Shown one piece after another: positions 42,510 through 60,650 of a stretch of 64,000 nucleotides of DNA. The position numbers were made by a program, and so were the translations under genes. The notes under the pieces were generated by a model. It was not told the DNA's origin and searched no databases. It was given only the letters and a program-made list of their open reading frames with translations. This DNA is from the human T2T-CHM13v2.0 reference genome, Homo sapiens, in the NCBI RefSeq assembly GCF_009914755.1, contig NC_060942.1, one strand, 5' to 3'. The number at the start of each line of letters is the position of its first letter. The stretch's first letter is position 1.

Positions 42510-42950
42510 TTCCTGGAGGTACCTTAAATTCAACCTGCCCAAAACATACTCACTTTCTCCTCCTTATGTATATTTTTCCTTTCTTTTCTTAGTTTATGTT
42601 AGTATCTTCCATCCCCGTTGACCAAGCAAAAAATTCATGCCATGTTTTACTGACTGCTGCCTCCCAACACTACCATTCCTCGTGAAGTCTTGTCAACTTT
42701 ACCTTGGCCATAGCTCAGCCATGCTTCCTTTATTCTATTATTTTCAACATCTTTACCTGATCTCTGGGAATCGCTCCTCACCTGCCAATCCATCTTCCTC
42801 ACTGTTTGTAGTTACCTTTTTGAAATATAGTTTTGATCACTCACTCCACTGCCCCAAAATGTGACTGGTTCTTAAATACAATAAAACTGCTATACAAATA
42901 TATGCACATGGAACTTCAGACTTCTTTCAATGGAAGTCTAGCCCCAATCT
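42510..42950 (+). mobile_element. L2 fragment
   Basis: ggtaccttaaattcaacctgcccaaaac...aagtcttgtcaactttacct. Confidence 0.55.
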
Positions 42951-43399
42951 ATCTGTATCTATATCTGTCTATCTGTATGCGTATATGTAAAAGTGTGGTT
43001 TCTATAATCTATAATGGTTAAAATTTTTCACTCAAGTCACAAGAGCTAGATTTGAAAATGGTCCTACTATTTATCAAATGTGTGATGCTTCTGTATTTAA
43101 TAATGTATTAAATACGAATAATACTTTTTTGGTAAAAGGAATAAAAGGAAGATAAATTCTACCTGTTAGCATTGCTATGAGGACTGAGGGAATTCAGGTA
43201 AAGAATTCAGGGCAGTCACTCCACACAGGAAGAATGGAAGGGCTCAGAATAGTGTGAGCTCAGAGACAATGTGGAAAAGAAGTTGAAATTTAGGCTCAAA
43301 GTATAGGAAGAAGGAGGATGAGGAAGAGAAAGGGAAGGAGAAGGGGAAGGAGAAATTGTTGAAATTGCTATGTTTGGGTGAACCATTTATTTTCATAAT

Positions 43400-46270
43400 T
43401 GTTCACAGGCCTGCTTATCATACAATTTTGTCCTTTCCTCTTCTCTTGAGCTTGTTCTTACCTTTCAATCCTAAGCATCAATCCTCTATACCCCCTTGGC
43501 TACTTGCTGCCATGGTTATACCGTGAACCTTGACAACACCAATCACTGCAACCTCTCATTATCTGAGTTTCAAATCATATTGTTGCCTCACTCTCCAGAC
43601 TCTTGTCTTACTATCCTTTATTTAGGACTCTGAACACAACGAAACTTTGATTTCATAGAGATCTGCAATCTGTTGATCCTATCCCTTATCGTTCCTGTTT
43701 TCCTTCACTTATTCCATAGCTACAGTTCCATGGCCAGTAAACACAGCAATTAAATATTTGCTGACTTGCATCAACGTTTTGCCTGCTACTCTCATTTCAT
43801 ATTACTTGCTTAGCAAAAACCAACTCAAGTAAATGTAACTTTCTACCTACTCTTTACTTGTGCTCTTGTAGCTGAATATAGCTAGATGAAAAGGTGTAAC
43901 TGGGCTGATTCGTCTCACTTTGAATTCATAGCTACTAATCTCCTGTTGCCCATTAATGCTACTGGCAATTATACTACATTTATCAGGCAGTCTCTCTCAC
44001 ATACGCTCCTAATGATATTTCATGACTTTTTCTCTCTTCTCAAATCTCCAACACCTTCCGCCTTTCCCCCACTCTTAGCTGACCTTGATTTTAATTTCAT
44101 GTAATATAAGAAGGGGAATTCTACATACTTTCATATGTGACTTTTTTTTCACCCAAGTTTGTCTTAAAGCGTATAATCTGTCTTTCCTCAAATTTCCATA
44201 AAACAACTGCCTGTACTCTTTAAAGCGAAACTTTCACTTGTGCACAAGATCCCATCTTTTCTTATAAAAGAGCAAATCTTCAGCCATTCTTTCTCTCTTC
44301 TGTGCCATCAGTTTCTCCCACTAAGGTGAATTACACCTATCAGCATGTCAGCATGTAGTCGAATCTTCCATTGCAACAAATTTTGCTTCAATTTCACTTT
44401 TCTCTCCTCTACCACTCCATGCTCTGTTCTCTTTCATAGGAATATTCCTTGAATTGTCTAACTTCACTCCAATGTCTTACATCATATTCCAATAATTATT
44501 TTGTTCCTAGAATGTAATAGCAACTGCTCTTATCAAGGTTCACCAATAACCTCCTGTTGCTAACCCAGTAGTCAATTCCTGGTCTTCACATTACTTGGAC
44601 AATCAGCAAATTTTGTCACATTTGATCATTTCTCCTTCGGTGAAACTCATTCACTCAGTTTCCTATTGCACATGCTCTCCTCATTCTACTCTGGCTACTC
44701 ATTTTCAGGCTCTTTTTACTTTTTACTCCCAATTTATCTGATCTGCACATATCAAATTGCTTCAGGACTCAAGCCTTTCATTCACTTCTTGACTTTATAT
44801 TCTGTGAACATGCTGATGTGTTCCAAATTTGTATCTCTGGTCCTAACTTTTTTACCTGCAATCCATACTCATATACACGTCTTCCTACTTGATTTCTCAA
44901 CATCAATATCCCACGAGCATCTAAAACTTATGAATAAAACCAAATACCTGTTATGCTTCAACCCCAATTCCTCCCCACCAAATACTTCATCATTCCAGAG
45001 TTCCCCGCACCTTTGAAATCTTCATATTTCTCATTATCAGGCCAAAATCTTTGAAATAATTCATAGCTCGTAGTTAATTCTTAATTCTTATTATGAAATC
45101 CGTCATCAACTCTTGGCAGTACCATCAAAATATATCCTGAATCCATGAAATAGTATACCAGGTTTTGTTATAAAATAATATTGGAAGGCTGGTTATGATT
45201 TTATATTCTGAGCTGAGTTATGGAAATAAAGTATTTCATCATATTATTCTGCCTAGTTTTATATTGTTTAAATTTTCATAATAAACAATTAAAATCAAAT
45301 AAATAAAAACAAAACATGGCCAGGCATGGTGGCTCACGCCTGTAATCCCAGCACTTTGGGAGGCCGAGGTGAGTGGATCATTTGAGGTCAAGAGTTCGAG
45401 ACCAGCCCGGCCAACATAATGAAACCCCGTTTCCACTAAACATACAAAAATTAGCTGGATGTGGTGGCACGCACCTGTAATCCTGGCTACTTAGAATGGT
45501 GAGGCAGGGGAATTGCGTGAACCTGGGAGGTGGAGATGGCAGCGAGCCGAGATCGTGATACTGCACTCCAGCTTGGGTGACAAAGCAAGACTCTGCCTCA
45601 AAAAAAAAAAAAAAAAAAATTAAGACCAGAAACAAAATATATACTGAGTCCTACCACTTCTTACCCGCTTCTTAAGTACAACCAAGTCTCATTGGAACTA
45701 CTGCAGTAATCTCCTAATTCTAGTCTTACCATAGCAGCTGGAGTAAACCTTTTAAAAGATAAGTTAGGGTATGTCATTCCTCTGCTTCAAAACCCTGTGA
45801 TGACTGTTTTTCTCATTCACAGAATTAACAGAAGTCCTTGCCTTTTTCTCATGTTACTTCTCTAACCTCATCACGTAGCACTTTCCTTATGTTTCCTAAA
45901 TATCCAAGAATCTTCCTCTATTGAGATCTTTGCGCTTGCTCTTCAGTCTGCCTAGGATGTTCTTCTCCTCAGAGATCCACATGGATCATTCCCTAATTTC
46001 TACCAAATCTTTGCTGTAATGTCACGTTCTCATGGAAGCCTTTCTTGATCCCTGGCACTCACTATGTACTTTTTATTTTTATTTTTCTCCATAGCCTTTA
46101 TTACCTTGTACTTACAAATTTTGTTTCCCTAATCCCCTTTCTCCTCACCAGAATATAATATTCCTATGGGCAAGGCTGTTTTTATCTTCTTTATCCACTG
46201 AGCTATTCTCAGCACCTGGAACAGTGCTTAGCACATTATAGACACTCACTAAATATTTTTCGACTTGATG
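43400..46270 (+). mobile_element. Long L2 (L2a-like) remnant with nested insertions
   Basis: Pyrimidine-rich L2 motifs (actgctcttatcaaggttcaccaataacctcc, catttgatcatttctcctt, gaactactgcagtaatctcctaat); ends cagcacctggaacagtgcttagcacat...taaatattttt. Confidence 0.75.
45318..45619 (+). mobile_element. AluS element inside L2
   Basis: ggccaggcatggtggctcacgcctgtaatcccagc...A20 tail. Confidence 0.95.
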
Positions 46271-47089
46271 CCTTAGCTGAAATGTCAACTACTGTGTGGA
46301 ACTCTCCATAGTCCTCCAACTCAGAATTCATCAATTTCACCTTTATCTCACCCCTTCATTTTGATTACATTACTGTTATGGCCTTGGCCACCTTTTATCA
46401 AGTTTGATGTTTGGCTGAGTACGTGTGTATTTCTTTCCCTGATGATTAAGACTAGATCTTATTCATAATTTCATGCTCAAGTGTCCAGTATCATGCCTCA
46501 TGTAAACATAAACTGATCAGAACTGATATGGTAGAGGTGGCAGAGAGATATGATATTCTCGATAGATTTTTTTTCTTACCCAGTAAAATAAATTGTGTTA
46601 CTGAGGAGGATGAATAAGCTGACTACAGTTCAATAAAAACTTTAATTCCAAAAAAAGTTGATATTAAAATTTTATTCTAATATCTCCATTTACTTTGATT
46701 TTTCTGGCTTTCAACTAGAGCCATAAAATATGCCACTGTCTCTGAGCAGTTAGCTGTGATGTTTGTTTGTTCATGTAGGTTTATTTAGCTGCTTGACACA
46801 ATACCTTTCTAAAACGTTGTGAATTTAACATTTATCTCAGATTAGCAATAACTTTGTCAGGAAAGTTATTCTAGCTCAGATCATCACGAATCTTTCTGAC
46901 TTGTTAATGGTGTAGATAATGCAAGTGCCATAATTCAAATCTTTTTATCCAACCCCTTGGGGTGCTTTTATTTCATAAGTTAAAGAGCAGCATATATTCC
47001 AAAACATGAAAGCTAGAATTCACAGTGAAGTAATTGCCTCATAGATATCTAGCTATCCCCTCTTAGTACCTAAAAATCATTAGGAATGA

Positions 47090-48940
47090 AAAGTGATCTT
47101 TGAGATCATAGTCTAACTTCCTGCTACCTAAACATTCAGAGACCAATGATCAGAGGAAAGTCCATGCCCAAGGCCACAGTTTTATCATCAACAGTGACAG
47201 CAAGCATTTATTGGGCACTTACTCTGCCAGATACTAGGCTAAGCATCTTACATAAAGTATGTTTACCAAGATGAGACTTAAAGAAGAAGTTTATACCTCC
47301 ATTATACAGCTAGTAAGTAGTAGAACTAGAATTTCGTGCAGACCATAGTCCAAAGCAGGCACTCTCAATCCCTTTTTCATCTTGCTTCCTTAGTGGATTA
47401 ACCTGCAAGAGAACTAAATGTTCTTGATATTTATAGAATTATGACATGCAATTCTTTTATATGTTTCATTCCAATAATTTTTTGACTTAATGGCTAAGTT
47501 GATTTGCATTATTTATTTACCACTAATAAAACACACTAGTGAATTTTTATTGTTGTATTTATTTTGAGAGATGAGGTCTTGCTATGTTGCTCAGGATAGA
47601 GTGCAGTGGTGTGATCATAGTTGACTTGCAGCCTCAAACTCCTGGGCTCAATGGATCCTTCCACCTCAGCCTCCTGAGTAGCTAGGACTACAGGTGCATG
47701 CCGCCATGTCTGGCTAAGTTTTTGTATTTTATATATATAAAAAGAACATTATACCTCTCACTTGTAACTAAAATGACTTATGAAGTATAACACAGTATAG
47801 CCAAAAGGGTAAGGCTATGTGGCTGTGGAATTGAACCACCTGGGTTCAAATCCTGGCTTGTTATTTTACCATCTGTGTGACTTTGGGCCAATTACTAGTG
47901 ACTTTGTTTTCTCACATGGAATAATAATAGTATCTGATGTGTAAGGTTGTGATGAGTATTACATGAAGTTAAATAAAAGCACCTAAAACACTTGCTCTTT
48001 GGTGCACCCACAACATTCCATTCTTATTAGCTAATGCCATGTGCAAATCATCATGTGGGTTGAAAATTAAAATAACTGAAATACAAGGGTGTTTCTTAAC
48101 TCTTATTTAGAGAGGACTTTATTACTTTCATAAGCATTCACACATTTGATCCTCAGATAAGGTATTTATGATGATCTCCATTTCACAAATGAGTATGCCT
48201 TTCTCTGTTCAGAAAGACTGAAAAATATTGCTAAGAAACCACACTAATAGTAAATATTAGAACTGGGATTTCAATGCAAGGTTTCTAGTCCAGTGATCTC
48301 TTCACTGTGCCATACAAAGTGAAATACATTTTCTGAAAAAGCTCCATATAAAATACAGTGGGAGTGCAGATGAGAGAATTAAAACAATTTTATGAGCATC
48401 ATTCAATTTAATCCTCACAATAATACTGTGAGGTAGGCAGATAAGGGACTGGTATCTTCATTTTGCAAATGAAGCAGAGAAGGCTCCAAGATAGCCCCTG
48501 ACTTGCTCAAGGTCACACACTGTTTTGTGGCAGAACAAAGGCTGAACTAGGTGTTCCAACTTGCAGCAATATATGCTTCACATTGCTTTATGCTGCCTCA
48601 GAAAACCTCTGCTCACTGTTCAGGATTAGAAACCAGCTTTTTCTGACTGACATGGAGGATTCCTTTTAGAATTCATGGTATATTACATTTTTGATGTGGT
48701 GTTTACATATTCTTTCCCCGCTCTTCAGAGTTGAGGACTCTGCAGCTGATGGAGCTTGTTATCCATGAGGGAGCATATTGTGATGGAAAAAGAACAAGAC
48801 TCAGAATCCTAAGCATGACATTCTGGCCCTGGCTTAAAGCTTGGCAAAGTTAGCCTTCTTCTTAGAGCCCCACTCTGCTTCTCTGTAAAATATAAAATCA
48901 TGGCCCTGTACCTCAAAGTGTTTTTAATTCATTGAATGAG
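47090..48940. mobile_element. Cluster of about 5 MIR fragments in both orientations
   Basis: e.g. + strand cctgggttcaaatcctggct...tgtgactttgggc (47820-47890); - strand cattttgcaaatgaagca...gacttgctcaaggtcacac (48460-48520) and ctccatttcacaaatgag (48176-48193). Confidence 0.65.
47545..47730 (-). mobile_element. AluJ right arm / FRAM (antisense)
   Basis: gagatgaggtcttgctatgttgctcagg...gatcatag...ctcctgggctcaa...gagtagctaggactacagg. Confidence 0.85.
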
Positions 48941-49219
48941 AGAATAATGATTTTATTTCTCCAGTGGACTTAATGCATATTGAAAAATGAAACATGCCAT
49001 CCACAAATGTCATATATAAATGAGCAAATATTGAATGTGAGTTGACTATATGTCCATGTCCAGCAGTGTATTGAAAATAGAAGAGAACCCAGCAGATTCT
49101 CTGGAAGGAGTTAATCTTGAAAGGTTCGTCTTACTGATGAATGTATAACCACACACTTAGTTAAGAGCTTTAGTGGAAAGGAACATGCTTCTGTGAGAGC
49201 ATTTATGAAATGTGTGCAT

Positions 49220-49800
49220 GATGTCTATGTCATAATCAGACTTGCAGTTTCAAAAGATGACTATGACTAGAAAGTGGAAACTAGAGCAGAGGTCAGCCAG
49301 GTGGGTGCCAGAGTCATTCAGCAGGCTATTGCAGAAGTCCAAACAAAAGATGGTAGCTTGGTCTAAGGGTATGTCAGTGGAGATGGAGCAGCGGAGAGAA
49401 CTTTGTAGATATTTAGGGGGCAAAACTGACAGGACTGAATAATGCATTGCACATGAATGGTGAGGGAGAAGGGGTTGTCAAGGACAGTCACTTGGTTTCT
49501 GGTATATTCCAGTGTAGAGATCATTGTGCAATTTGCTGAGATTAGGATGCTGGAAAGGTCCATATTTGAAATGAAGATCATAAATTCAGTTTCAGACAAG
49601 TTGTGCTTGACATACCTTTACGACCTTCAAATGGGAATGTCCAGAAGGGCCGTGGAAATAGGAATCTGGAGCTCAAAGGAGAGGATTGGGACAGAGATAT
49701 GTATCAGGAATGTGTCAGCATGTGGATGCTCGCTACAGCTAGAGAAGGTTAAGATGGCCCATCCCAAGAAAACAGAATGATAAAAGAATCCAGAACTCAG
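49220..49800 (-). mobile_element. L2 fragment
   Basis: ggaaataggaatctggagctcaaaggagagga and aattcagtttcagacaagttg are antisense L2 motifs. Confidence 0.7.
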
Positions 49801-50699
49801 TCACATTTATCATGTGGATAGACGCTGAAACTAAACAAAATAAGAATTTGAAATCAAAATCTGTTTCACCCCAACTCCCAAGATATAGCTCATTATTTGC
49901 AGTTACAGTAGCTATTTGTTACGTAACTAGTCTCAAGTGTGTATTAGATGTTGAAGCAGAGATTACAGGAAAGCACATTTTTAAAAAGCTCATTCCTAGA
50001 TTTATCCTTTTTAACAATTCAATAAAAAACAATTTTTAACCAAAACTTAGTGGAAATACCTCTAACCAAGAGAGGTAAACAAAAAAGAGACATTTCCAGT
50101 CTTCATTATGCTTTTATCTGGCAGTGAAACATCTTGAAACCTTTCTCTCTAAGATAGCATTGATTTCCAAACCTATGGTTTTAGGGTAATAAGGAATGTG
50201 ACATTTGGGTGGTTATCACTCTGCTATCACTTTGAGTCCTATTTCATTAAACACCATGTTTCAGTTTTGAAATCTTTTAATTGTTATAACATTCTGGCAT
50301 TCACTAAAGAAATAATGAATGAAAGTAGAAGAGATAAAAAGGAGATGCTAAAAATCTTTCCACTAAGAATAACGTAACTCCTTCTCTACAAAGGAAGGTT
50401 AATGTAACTCTTCCTCCCTGAAGCAACTAATTAGGTGTTTGACCCCTCAAGGCAGCATTTGTTGCTCAACTCACAAGTTGTAACTAAATGTTAACACTCT
50501 GAGGCACTTAGGCAAGATGATATGTATTTACTAAAAATGCATGTTAGAGACTTGCTACAAATAATCCACTAAGAAGCAGAATCATGTTTAATCTCTAAAC
50601 TCTACTTCTGAAATGTAAAAATAGAAGTGCTGAATTCAGCTAACACAAACACTTGTAGATATAGGAGATTTTCTATTTTTTATTCCTAATGAAGAGTAT

Positions 50700-50835
50700 T
50701 AGAGTAGTGAGGTTTCTTTAAGTAGATCCCACTCTCCATTACGGATAATGAAATCAAGACCCAGGAAGGTGAAGTGACATGCCAAAGATGACCGAAATAA
50801 ATGGGGATGGAACATGGAATAGAATCCAATTTTCT
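50700..50835 (-). mobile_element. MIR fragment
   Basis: tccattacggataatgaaatcaagacccaggaaggtgaagtgacatgccaaag. Confidence 0.6.
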
Positions 50836-51265
50836 AGGCATTTCTAAGGTCACATTATGTGGAGATTTTATGTAATTATTCTCTTTTAATTTCACATTTA
50901 TTTATGCATTTATTTAAAAAATTATGAGCCCCAGCAATGTAGCCATTTTTTTATGCTCAGTGAATCTATATGCTAAGTGTGAATAAAATATAAATGGAAT
51001 ATGGCTTCTCTTTTTAAATAATTTACAGTGAAGTCAAAGAAACATGCATGTCCATTAATACAAAGTGATACGTAATACACTAGATGTATAAACAGAAAGC
51101 AATGAAAACACAAAAGAGAGCATTTAATGGTACTGGGTTTGAAGACATGAGGGTACGAAGTTTCAGCTAAACATTTCCTTTGAATTGGATTCCAATTGGG
51201 TTTCATTTGAAACAAGCTTTTGCCAAACAGAGTCAGAAATGTGAGTCAGGAGAAGGTAACTCCAG

Positions 51266-52065
51266 GCTCATCATCACTGGTCATTGAGAAATGCAAATCA
51301 AATCAAAACCAAAATAAGATACCATCTCATGCCAGTTAGAATGGCGATTATTAAAAAGTCAGGAAACAACAGATATTGGAGAGGATATGGAGAAATAAGA
51401 ATACTTTTACACTGTTGGTGGGAGTGTAAATTAGTTCAGCCATTGTGGAAGACGGTGTAGCGATTCCTCGAGGATCTACAACCAGAAATACCATTTGACC
51501 CAGCAATCCCATTACTGGGTATATACCCAAAGGATTATAAATCATTCTACTATAAAGACACATGCACACGTGTGTTTATTGCGGCACTGTTCACAATAGC
51601 AAAGACTTGGAACCAACCCAAATGCCCATCAGTGATAGACTGGAAAAAGAAAATGTGGCACATATACACCATGGAAAACCATGCAGCCATAAAAAAGGGA
51701 TGAGTTCATGTCCTTTGCAGGGACATGGATGAAGCTGGAAACCATCATTCTCAGCAAACTAATACAAGAACAGAAGACCAAACACCACATGTTCTTACTT
51801 ACAACTGGGAGTTGAACAATGAGAGCACATGGACACAGGGAGGGGAACATCACACACTGGGGTCTGTCTGGGGGCGGGCGGGGGGGCTAGGGGAGGGATA
51901 GTATTAGGAGAAATACCTAATGTAGATGACAGGTTGATGGGTGCAGCAAACCACCATGGCACATGTATACCTATGTAACAAACCTACACGTTCTGCACAT
52001 GTATCCCAGAACTTAAAGTGTAATAAAAAGAAATGAAAGGAAAAGGAAAAGCAAAATAAGAAAAG
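51266..52065 (+). mobile_element. L1PA7/8-like 3' fragment (ORF2 C-terminus plus 3'UTR)
   Basis: gaaatgcaaatcaaa...gaaataccatttgacccagcaatccc...gtagatgacaggttgatgggtgcagcaaaccaccatggc...gtatcccagaacttaaag; AATAAA and A-rich tail. Confidence 0.9.
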
Positions 52066-53929
52066 ACAGAGAAGCTGACATGAACATAGGGGTCCTGGGG
52101 CAGGACGGCTCATTGCAGATGACTGTGCAAAGCTTTGGGCCACATCGTGAAGGTCTTTGAACCTTGTTCCATGGAGGTGAGATCTCATTAATCTAGAATG
52201 GCAGCTAGCACAAGGTTGTGGGCATGGAGTTGACAGGTTATGTGTGTTAAAAGGGTATCTTTGTCAATAGATGATAGCAAAAATTGAGAAGACTAATGGC
52301 AAAATGCTAGAAAAAGCTATTATTATAATGCAATACATTTAAGTACCAACTAAATCAGGGACCAGTTCTAGGCACAGGAGAATATACTCTACCAGAATTA
52401 GATCTCAATGTAAATTGCACAATGGTGCATCGCATGTTGCCATGCTTGACTTCATGCTTCAAAAGATGTCAGTGCTTAAGAGTTACAGGGACTGATCTCA
52501 GTAAAGCAGGAACATTATGGTTAGTGGGTCAAACTGCATGCTTTTAGAGTAGAAACATTTATTTTCCAAGACACTTTAATCAAGTAACTCAAAGTTCTTA
52601 AAACTAGCATTCACAAAAAATTAACGCTTCTTATTAACTAACTCTTCTTATAGCCTCCTTGTAAAAGTCCAAGTGGACAAGTTGTCTACAGACTTTTTAG
52701 CATGAGGAATCAGACTTCGTATATTTGATGCTCTATGTGAATTTTCATTGAGTAAATTTGCTGTGAATGGATTCAGGCAGGCACAAGTGGCTTGATTCCT
52801 TTACTTCAATCGACTTATCCTGAATTTGGCTTAACTCCCCCACACTGCCAACTTAGAGTTAGGGGGAAAGGAATGAAGTGGAGAAGATTTGTCTGACAAT
52901 CCATCTGGTGTTACAGATCATGACTCTGAGTTCTGCATATTTGAAGGGTAATTATGTCTTCAGATTCACAGGAGAGAACATCACTGAGAGGGAGGAGGCT
53001 TGGGGTCCCTGCCGCTTCCACAGGAGTTGTTAACGCAGTGAGAGGCCGAACAATACAAGTTTACCCAAAAATTGGGTAAACTTCTCATTATTCACTGTTC
53101 TCTTTTCTTCAGAACCCAGTGTGCTTATCTGCCCATTTACAGAGGGGTATGGACTACAGTGAGCAGAGAGGAAATCCTTAATTACTGCTTCATGGAAAAT
53201 TTACTTTAGGTGGCTAGTGTTGGCCTATAGTGGAACCAGAGAAATCCCACATAATAAACTGCCCTTCCAAACTCAGATGTTACTTAGTTGTTGGGAAATG
53301 GTTTGCTATATTTTGTTTACAGCTATTAAAGCCTGGAAAGGGTGATTAAAAACTCGTGGGAATCCTTGGGGCTAGAACTGAACAAATCTGTGAAGGATAA
53401 CATGGCAGGAAATACCATTTTCTCAATATGCTTTTGTATAATGTTAGCAATTAGATGTCACCCCATTAAAACACAGGGAAGCCACGCAGCAGTTTGGCAG
53501 CAGACACTCATCCACCAGTGGGGACATCAGATACCATAAGACTATCAAGCTGTACTGTGGAACTCAGGGAACTCCTATTTCTTCTCAGTGTCCCTCAGAG
53601 AGCAGTTTCCAGCCCTTTAAAAATGAATATTTTCATTATTGGAACTTGTTCAATGTGTGTAGTTATGCTCACTCTTTTTGTTTTGATTTATCTTTGCAAA
53701 GAAAATTAATATGATAGAAAATATCAATAAAGATTTTTTTTGGAGTGGGGGCAAGCCCCAATGTCAGGGAAACCTATCTATGTAGCTTTTTTCTATGTGA
53801 TTATATCTCTCATTAAGTTATGTCCTCAGATTCCTGGTTTTAAATACTTTGTGGAAAAGTCCCCTTCTTGGACGCAATAGATTTATTTCTTATGAAGTTG
53901 TGGTGGTATTTTGTTATTATAAAATAATA

Positions 53930-54110
53930 GCAGTGACTGCCATTATGGCAGAATCCATATTAAGTATCAGGTGCCATGTATTTTTCTTTAGATATTTTAC
54001 CTACAGCATTTCATTTAATTCTTTCAGACATTGTGATACAAAATTTTTATAGCACATATGTTGTACTTGAGAAATCTGGGGCTCAGAAAGTTTAATGTGA
54101 AGGCCAGAAA
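53930..54110 (-). mobile_element. MIR fragment
   Basis: catttcatttaattctttcagaca...tgagaaatctggggctcagaaagttt. Confidence 0.55.
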
Positions 54111-54173
54111 CAGCCCCCCTGACTTACCTCAGTCCTGAACTACTTACTCCACAGTCTACATAGGCTTTTGAGG

Positions 54174-54489
54174 TTTGTTTTTTGTTGTTGTTGTTTGTTT
54201 GTTTATTTAAAACAAGGTCTTACTCTGTCACCCAAGCTGGAGTGTAATGGCATGATCTCAGCTCATGGCAACTTCTGCCTCCAGGCTCAAGTGATTCTCG
54301 TGCCTCAGCCACTAGAGTAGCTAGAATTACAGGCTCATGCCACCATGCCCGGCTAATTTTTGTATTTTTACTAGAGAGAGGGTTTCACCAGATTGGCCAG
54401 GCTGGTCTCGAACTCCTGACCTCAAGTGATCTGCCTGCCTCGGCCTCCCAAAGTGCTGGGATTACAGGTGTGAGCCACTGTGCCTGGCC
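54174..54489 (-). mobile_element. AluS (Sx/Sz-like) antisense with (TTG)/(TTTG) tail
   Basis: ctcgaactcctgacctcaagtgatctgcctgcctcggcc; flanks tacatagg / tacatagt. Confidence 0.93.
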
Positions 54490-55016
54490 TACATAGTGTT
54501 TAGATGCAAACTCCCTTTGATATGATAAGCAGATTTCTGGAAAGTGGCACATAAAATTGAAATGGTTAGATTAAACCATGGTTTAAAACCACTACGAGCC
54601 CACATTGTGGAAACCAGTGATCAACCCAGGGCAGAACCAGCAGGTGATCAGAGGTTGAACCATAGAGTTGTCTTGGAGGTGTATTTACATAGCAAGCACA
54701 ATGCATTTGCCTGGGTTCTATTTTACAGATCAAAATCATGGAAACATTTTCAAAAGATGCTTTATTTATACTTTATGTAAGACTGAGAAAGTATGAATTG
54801 TCCATATCAATGAATATGTTTATACATAAATTTTTTATGAATTATTAATTTTGGATAATTTTTGGAGGCTAATGAAGATTATTAAATCTTCCCCATTATG
54901 AAATCCAACATCCTCTTGTATATGTAAGTGATATTTTCATTTCATGATCTTGGACATTTTTACCTGGACATGTCCAGATTTTCTTGCGTCCCTTTCCTTT
55001 AAAGTATACCTGTTCA

Positions 55017-55804
55017 GCAAAAGACATAAACAGATACTTCTCAAAAGAACACATACAAACAGCAAACATATGAAAAAACTGCTCAACATCACTAATCGTC
55101 AGAAATGCAAATCAAAACCAAAATGAAATACCATTCCACATCAGTCAGAATGGCTATTACTAAAAAAAAAAAATAATAAACAATAGATGCTGGTGAGGCT
55201 GCAGAGAAAAGGGAATGCTTATACATTGTTGGCAGAAATGTAAATTTATTATTTTAGGCACTATGGAAAGCAATTAGGAGATTCCTGAAAGAACTTAAAA
55301 CAGATCCACAATTTAGCCCAGCAATCCTATTAACTGGTATATATCCAAAATAAATTAAATAATTCTAACAAAAACATCCATGCACTCATATATTCTGGAT
55401 AAAGAAAATATGGTGCATATACACCATGGAATACTATGCAGCCTTAACAAGGAATGAAATCACTCCCTTTGCAGCAACACGGATGTAGTTGGAGGCCATA
55501 ATCCTAAATAAATTAATGCAGGAACAGAAAACCAAATACTACATGTTCTCACTTATAAGTAAGAGCTTAACACTGAGTACTCAGGGACATATAGATGGCA
55601 ACAGTAGACATGGGACTGTCACATAGGAGGAAGGCAGGAGGGCAAGGGTTGAAAAACTGTTGCGTACTATACTTACTACCTGGTCATGACAAGATCAATC
55701 ATACCTCAAACCACAGCATCACACAATATACCCGTGTAACACATTTTCACATGTACCCCAGAATCTAAAATAATGAAATTATTTAAAAAATAAAATACAG
55801 AATA
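55017..55804 (+). mobile_element. L1PA15/16-like 3' fragment with TSD
   Basis: gcaaaagacataaacagatacttctcaaaagaa...ggcaagggttgaaaaact...cagcatcacacaatatacc; TSD atacctgttca at 55006-55016 and 55805-55815. Confidence 0.88.
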
Positions 55805-56659
55805 ATACCTGTTCAAAGGGTTATGGCCAGCGTGACTTGGAACACAGTTATTTCATCCAATTTATTTAGTATTTGTAAGAATAAAGTCAATTATGAAAGC
55901 TGTCCTTCCTTATAGATACCCAAGGTGTTTGATAGGCAAATATGGCCTTTGATAACAATGTTGCTTGAAGGTCTAGAAAAGATGCTTTGAAATGATTCAC
56001 AGCAGATGATAGACAAATTGATCCTCTCAGCAGTCTCTGAGTGCTCATTGTCCCCTTTTTCCCTATAGGACCTCATGTCTTTTACCCAAAGTTCCCATGA
56101 TCCAAAGAAGTTCCTTATTTTTCCACTATTGTTGAATGATATCAATACTAGATTTAGAGGAGGAAGTTCCAGATTTCATTCTTAAGTGTGATACCCACTA
56201 ACTGTGAAGCCTTTGAATAAATCATGTTGCTTTTCTAAATCTCACTTTCTATATGTAAAATAATGATAACAAAACCACCCTATCTATATCAGTAAGGTAC
56301 CTGAGGCACTGGGTATAAAAATTCTTCTGCTAAAACAAAAATAAGCAAAAATCCCCATCTCCATGTGCTCAATCTCTTTGAGCTATATACAACAAGGCAT
56401 ACAATTCTATTATGAGGGTTTGCTTTTAAAAAGCAATTTGCTGACCTAAATGATCTTAGTTTGGTAGAATATAGCAGTGTGGTATGTGGCAAATGGGAGC
56501 ATTGTTCCATATTTCTTAGCCTTACCTACTTTAGATTACTATTGAATCTCATCCAGACCCCTACTCTCCTAGAAGTCGGAATTCAGCCTTCCAGAAACTT
56601 CATACTGCACTTCTAAAAGAATGCCTAAACCTCAGGCTATATCCAGATTCATACAGGGT

Positions 56660-56810
56660 GCTTTTTCTCTATTGTGGTAAAACATATCTTTCATTTTACA
56701 ATTTTAACTATTTTTGAGTGTACAGTTCTATGGTATTAGCACATGTACCTTGTTGTGCTACCATCACCACCATCTGTCCACAGAATTTTTCATTGTCTCC
56801 AGTTAAAATT
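56660..56810 (-). mobile_element. L1MB-like 3' end (host of the young L1); resumes at about 60651-60712
   Basis: attgtggtaaaacata...aactatttttgagtgtacagttc...ttgttgtgctaccatcaccaccatc, continuing after the L1PA tail as ttattaaacactaac...ctcctggcagccac. Confidence 0.75.
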
Positions 56811-60650
<3,840 letters not shown>

